A DNA stretch of 63,964 bases, the filler included, from Reclinomonas americana ATCC 50394 (lineage: Eukaryota), in assembly GCA_048213135.1 (NCBI GenBank). It is 17 parts of 17 records of this genome, joined end to end, with 100 filler letters (N's around TTAATTAATTAA, not from the genome) between each part and the next. Parts side by side here need not be neighbours in the genome. Positions count along the whole stretch, not along the records: positions 51,975 to 61,987 come from AFZH01023920.1; positions 62,088 to 63,964 come from AFZH01023923.1; 15 more parts are not named here. The stretch is one strand, 5' to 3'. The stretch's first letter is position 1, and each line of letters opens with the position of its first letter. The translations under genes and the position numbers were made by a program. The notes under the pieces are model-generated. The model saw only the letters and a list, made by a program, of their open reading frames with translations, did not search any database and was not told the origin of the DNA. Positions 58,384-63,964 of this stretch are shown one piece after another.

Positions 58384-60838
58384 ATGGCTGCCGCTGCTCC
58401 GTCTGCAAGTCGACAGGGCGGTGGTGGGATTCATATCAGAGGAGTTACGGTTCACCAAACGATGTTCGCTGCAAAGGTGCAGCGTCCAATCGGGCAGGGA
58501 ACCGTGTTCTCGCTGGATTCTTTCAATCTGCGATTGTGTGCCATTTCTGGGAATGTGAGGACGGTGGACGGACTGATTCGAGAACTGTTCCACGATGATG
58601 TAGTCTTCGAATTCGAAGGAGGGCTTGGCATCAAATTCATCGTTCAAGTTGCGCACGTGCACGATCACGACGGCGAACGCGCCATCGACCGAGACGAGCT
58701 TTCCAATTGTCGTTTCCGAATCGTCGCGGAGTTGGACGATTTTGGAGAAGTTGCAGACCATTACAACCGGCTTTTGCAATCCTCCTCAGAGGGGCGCCCA
58801 GAGACCACCGAACACTACATTTTCCTTGGTAAGTTTTCTGTTCCGTTCACCTATTTGAGCGCGACGACTTTGTATAGTATTCATGCGTCATGATCATTTT
58901 GCAGTGTGCGCTGTGCCCATCTTAGGGGCTGTAAGTCCCGGTGATTACCAGTCGCCGCAACCAGACCCAGACCACGAGGGTGACGGGGAGGGTTTGTCAG
59001 CGGAGGCTTCGAAGCAAGTGTCCGCCGAGGACATCAAGATTGAGCCCGCGGCCGTGTCCTCGCGATCGTTCCATGGTGAACGCAAGGCAGCTCGCGCGAC
59101 TGTTTTCGCGATCTTCAACTTCAAAGGCGGTGTGGGCAAAACGACTACTGCGTACCACCTCGCATGGAAGGTATGTCGACGCCGTGCCGTATGAACTTAG
59201 TGTTCGGATCCGGACACGTGCACGCCGCGCTGCGTGCTCCTCGCCTCCCCGTGACACTCACCGTGCCGATGTGCGTGCAACGCAGTTGGCCCAAGAGACC
59301 TGCAGGCCAGTTGTAATGTTCGACTTGGACCCACAATTCAATCTGACGCACCTTTGTCTTGGCGACCGATTTGACTACCAATCACTGTACGATCCTCCGG
59401 TTGTCAGAGCCGACGTCGAAGCCGATGAAGGAGAAGATGCCGCTGCTGTTCCGCTGACAATTGCTGACGCGGTTCAGCCACTTCTCACCCTCGAGTACGG
59501 GAAGATGCAAGCGATGGCTTGTCTCGAAGTTCGTCAGTTCGAGAATCCAGAGGTGAGCAAAAGCTGTTTCTCGACACATGTTGCAAAAGCAGTCGAACGC
59601 ATATGCTTATGTGCACAATCACTAGGGCGTGGGCCGTGATCAACGTCGACTTCTCCGACTGGCTGCTGGCAGCCTGAACATTGCCACGTTTGACCACCAT
59701 CTTACTGCTGCGATACACACACCAGGTGGTGGCTTGACACAACAACAGAACTATCCCGGCGGATTGGATTTTGTGCGTCTGCATGCGCACTCTCGCTAAT
59801 CTTGGCGTGACACGTGAGCTTGACCGATTTCGAATTCTGTTCTGCAGATCATCCAGCGCACAGCGCTTCAGCAGCGCGCTCCATTTGTCGTGCTTGACCT
59901 CAGTCCGAGTTTGTCCGGACTCAACGAAATCGCCATGATGCTGAGCGATGTCATTGTCTTCCCTTGCAACGTGGACTATTTCTCTGGGCTTGGGCTAAGA
60001 AATCTGAATCAGGTTAGCACACTGTGCTTAGGCCTTGCGCGTGATGGTCTCCACAACGGTTTTCGTCTTTACGACCTTCGAATTCTGCGCAGTTCTTCGC
60101 CGAAGCTTTTGCTCGTCGTATTGAAATCATGAGACGCGGCCCTCCGCCTCCTGCCCGCCTCCAGTTCCCCTTCCCGAAGACTCTGCCGCCACAGTTTGGC
60201 GGCGTCTTCATTTCTAACTTTAAGACTGCAGGCGCGAGTCGATTCGGTATGTTGTTGCAATATTCTTCGAGACAGCAGTGCTGTCAAGGTTTCCGTTCTT
60301 ACCGCAGCTGTGATTGCACAACAGTGTCTCCTGTTGGGTCGCCTATTGTGCAAGACCACATTCAGAAGATGATCAAGAACGCTCAAAAGTGGTTCGATCA
60401 CGTGTCGCAACACGCCGAGGGCCTGCGAGCAAGTTTTGTCGTTTTGCAAAACCAGGCAATTGACAAGATGAGAGAAGTCGGTCTCTTAGACCAAGTTGTC
60501 GGCCGCCGTGGATTTAGATCCCTCGGTCATGAGCACAGTAGCATTCTTGGTGCACTTCAGGTGAGAACTCTTGCTGATCGTCGTAAGTAGCATCGTGGAT
60601 ATTTACTCACAAAGAACTCTTCAACTGCTGTGAGCAGAACTTCTCGAACATCATGCTGATGGCGCTCAGTCAACTGCGTCCAATGTTCGAACTCAACGAT
60701 GGAAGTCGGATCCGTGACGCTGGTTCCCTGGTGCGCTACAGCGAGCGAAATGCGAGGTCAATCTTGCAGCACGCCGAGGTTGTCAACCAAATGTTCATCC
60801 ACATGGTACGGACGCTGTTGGAGACATTTGCTGCCTGA
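58384..60838 (+). CDS. ParA/Soj-family ATPase with an N-terminal extension, 7 spliceosomal introns
   Basis: FNFKGGVGKTT (deviant Walker A), DLDPQFNLT, VLDLSPSLSGLN, PCNVDYFS, FPFP..PQFGG, QNFSNI..RPMFEL; GT..AG introns near 58829, 59171, 59552, 59776, 60012, 60247 and 60561. Confidence 0.88.
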
Positions 60839-61353
60839 TTCAAAGGATCGCGCATTCGGTCTTGTCTGTCTCTTTGAAGTCGTACTTTGCAGCGCTTTTT
60901 TCTTTTCTGCTTCTCTCCTCTCTGATGGCTCATCGTCACTCTTTATTTGCTACGTAAACCCACTGGATCTACAGTCCTAAATTTGCGCGCTGGCAGTCGA
61001 CTGCAGCTGCCTGGCGCGCATGCAAACGGCGCATCGGTGCAGCCAGCGGCATCATCATGTGGTGGTGGCGGACAGTGCTGCGTACGGAAGGGCGAGATCA
61101 CGATACCCCCTGCATAACGTTAGGAAGACCCAGCGATCGTGCACGGCACATCGAATTCGGGAAAAGGCCATAAGTCAGGCAAACAAAGCAAAGGCGGGTC
61201 CGGATCCGTGAAGCAGGCAAAGCAAAAGCAGTGGAGGCGTCGTCATTTGGTGGCGAGGTTGAAACAAAAGAGAGCTTGTCATGTTGCTTGTGGGGCTCAT
61301 ATCGGTGATGGCTTGAGCAGGTGGTAGATACAGTAAGCAAGTTCATTCATCAG

Positions 61354-61987
61354 TCACAACACCACACCGACCTCGCTCGCACACCGCCGACATTCTGCCA
61401 GCCACTCGACTGCCTCCTCTGTCTTCGAATCCAATTCACCAAGCACCGTCCGCCTTCCATCCACACACTCCACCAGCAGTGCCAATGCTTCGGACCACTG
61501 TTGCTGCTTCATAAACAAGTCTCCGTAGTTGTATATAGTCCGCAACGTTTCCTCATGCTTGTCGCCCAGTATTTCGCGTCGTCCGTCCAAACACTCCTGA
61601 AACAAATCAGCGGCTTCTACCAGTGCTGTTGGCGTGTTCTGTTGCTTGAGAGAAAACGCAAGGTTGTTCATCGACATGAGAGTACTCGGGTGTCGATCTC
61701 CGAGTGCGGCCAGCTCCAACCGCAAGCAGTCTCGCTCGAGTCGAATCCTCTCCTCCAGGCGACTGTCGTCCAGGATGCAAATAGCAACATTGCCCATGGT
61801 CGCCAACGATTCTGGATGCTCAGCTCCAAGCACCAGTCGTCGCATCTCCCAGCACCGTCGCCAAATTGACTCAGAATCCGCAAATCGTACTCGATCATAG
61901 TGATGCCGCGCCTGGACATACAACGACGTCAACGAATCTGGATGACACGCACCCAACATTGTGCACTGCCGCTCATGACACTGCAGC
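61354..61987 (-). CDS. TPR C-terminus of a paralog of the 53555 NB-ARC-TPR gene (partial)
   Basis: Colinear with 53555-54180: CWEMR.LVLGA.HP, DDSRLEE, LGDRHP.TLMSMNNLA, WSEA.ALLVECVDGRR. Confidence 0.92.
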
Positions 61988-62088
61988 NNNNNNNNNNNNN
62001 NNNNNNNNNNNNNNNNNNNNNNNNNNNNNNNTTAATTAATTAANNNNNNNNNNNNNNNNNNNNNNNNNNNNNNNNNNNNNNNNNNNNG

Positions 62089-63964
62089 CAGTCGGTGCCA
62101 CGAGTGAGTGGCATCAGCATGACGGTGAGCGGCGGCGGATTCCCGATTGGTGCTGCGAAGGTTGTGGTGAAGATTGTGGACGGTCTGGACTGCAGTGCAG
62201 CGGCAGGGACTGCGAGTGTGAGCAGCGTGTCGTCGAGTGCGAGCGGGTCTGTGACGTTCACGATGGATGCGAGCAGCGCGGTGCTTGGTGTGAGTCGGAG
62301 TGTGTGCGTGGCGAGTGACGTGGGTGGCAGCCAGTTTGTGCTTGTGGGTACGAGTGGCGGCGATCTGCGAGTTGCGCAGGCACAGAGTGTGACGCCGGTG
62401 GGTCTTGCGACGCCGATTGCCATGTCGAGCCAGTTGACGGTGATTGGTGTGAACATGAGTGCGGCGGATCGCGTGGGTCTGGTGACATTTGTGAGTGGCA
62501 CGTCGAGCTGCAGTGCGGGACCGATTGCGGTGCTGTCGACGACAGTGTCGCCGGCGAGCGGTGCTGGAGCGGCGTCGGTGGTTGTGGCGCTGTCGAGTGC
62601 GATCACTGTGGGATCATCGTTCCACGTGTGCGTGCAGTATGATGGCAGTGGGCCGTGGTACGGTCTGAGCAACGGCAGTGCGCAGCTGTTCTCGGCTGTG
62701 TCTGTGACGCAGGTGCAGCCTGTGGTGTACAACCTGACGAGCACGGATCAGCAGCTCGTGTTGGACGGACAGGGACTGAGTAGCCGCGACGTGTACTACG
62801 TGTGCGGCAGCACGTCGGCGTCGTGCAGCAGCTGCGGCAGTGTGAGCGGAGTGTCTGTGCTGTCGAGCACGGTGAGCATGGTGGACGTGCAGACGCAGGT
62901 GACGATCCGATCTGTGGATCTTGTTGGACGGCGATATGTGCTGTGTGTGCAGCCGGGCGGCAACAGCGACCTGAGCAAGGCGATTCGAGTGGGCGGAGCG
63001 CAAGCGATTCTGTCGGGCATGAGCGTGAGCGGGTTCACTCCGCTTGGCATCTCTGCGGCGGCCGGAGTGTGGACGCTGACGGTGAACGGACAGGGTCTGC
63101 CTACGGGAAGCACGAGTGTGGAGGTGAAGGTGGTGTCTGGTGACTGCAATGCGGCTGGCGCGCCGAGTGGAGTGTTGTCGCTTGTGGGAAGTGTGAGTGT
63201 GGTGAGCGAGACGCAGATCACTGTGAGTGTGGACGCGAGTGGGGCGAGCGGAACACGGAGTGTGTGTGTGCGAGCGAGTGCGGCGGCGAGCACGTGGCTG
63301 ACGGCGGGAAGCATGGACGGACTCGGACTGGTGACGCCGCAAGCTGTGTCGCCATTGGGTGTTGCGGCACCTGCGGCAGCGGGAAGCACGCAACTGCGAG
63401 TGAGCGGTGCAGGGTTGACGACCAGCGAGGTTGTGCGACTTGTGCCAGTGAAGAGCGGCGTTGTGCCGTCGTGCAGCAGTGCGGCGGATCCGGCGCCGAG
63501 CGACGTTGTGCTGACGACTGGCGGCAGCATGTCTGGCAGCGACTTGGTGGTGTCGCTGGCATCGACGATTGGCACTGGTGGTACATACCTGGTGTGCGTG
63601 CAGTATCGCGGACAGGGTGTGTTCTACGAGCTGACTGGCGCGACGAAGCGCTTCTCGGTGGTGTCTGCGACGAGTGTGACGCCACAGTCGTACGTGTTCC
63701 AGTCGCCGCAGACGGTGGCGGTGAGCGGCAGTGGACTGAGCACGGCGGACGTGTACTTTGCGGTGCAAGCGAGTGGCAGCTGCACGACGGCTGGCGACAT
63801 TGACAGCGGTGTGCAGTTGACGAATGTGGTGCAGAGTGTGTTCAACAGCGGTGTGCAAGTGGATGTGCGGATCAGCGACGGTGTTGGACGGTCGTTTGTG
63901 ATGTGCGTGCGACCAGGCGGCGAGAGTGCGGCGTCTGCGGCGCTGAATGTGGGAACGAGTGTTG
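62089..63964 (+). CDS. Ig/TIG-like ~105-aa repeat surface protein, open at both ends (absent from the ORF track)
   Basis: Frame from 62089 reads QSVPRVSGISMTVSGGGFPIG.. and appears to continue to the window end; each unit has V.P..l.v.G.gL, one mid Cys and a y.vCV motif. Confidence 0.8.

Overview
This window is not one locus. It is about 17 contig pieces joined by artificial N-TTAATTAATTAA-N spacers, and they come from at least two genomes. Positions 8070-17286 are four GC-rich, intronless, operon-like contigs from an alphaproteobacterium (Rhizobiales/Bosea-like by inference). They carry a DUF1003 protein, ABC transporters, uxuA with a GntR regulator, a type IB topoisomerase and a MocR/nitrilase cluster. 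The rest is intron- and microsatellite-rich microbial eukaryote DNA. It includes large surface proteins (FN3, IPT/TIG plus Cys-rich GCC2/GCC3, and an Ig-like repeat protein), an intronless bacterial-type large-subunit catalase, EndoU and a divergent Rho GTPase. The strongest signal is a candidate protist NLR-like immune system. (i) A spliced UBL-HEPN(RNKLRH)-NACHT-pentapeptide-11xWD40 gene sits head-to-head with a 7xWD40 gene that uses the same repeat consensus and ends in a conserved, unrecognised ~55-aa tail (3 copies in the window). (ii) An NB-ARC-TPR gene carries a clearly homologous N-terminal domain that has lost the RxxxxH motif. (iii) A 7-intron bacterial-type ParA ATPase lies between two TPR paralogs. 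A 194-bp TGT..ACA MITE with a 4-bp TSD and a non-LTR retroelement relic are inserted in this cluster. Domain calls come from motifs read by eye; no searches were run.
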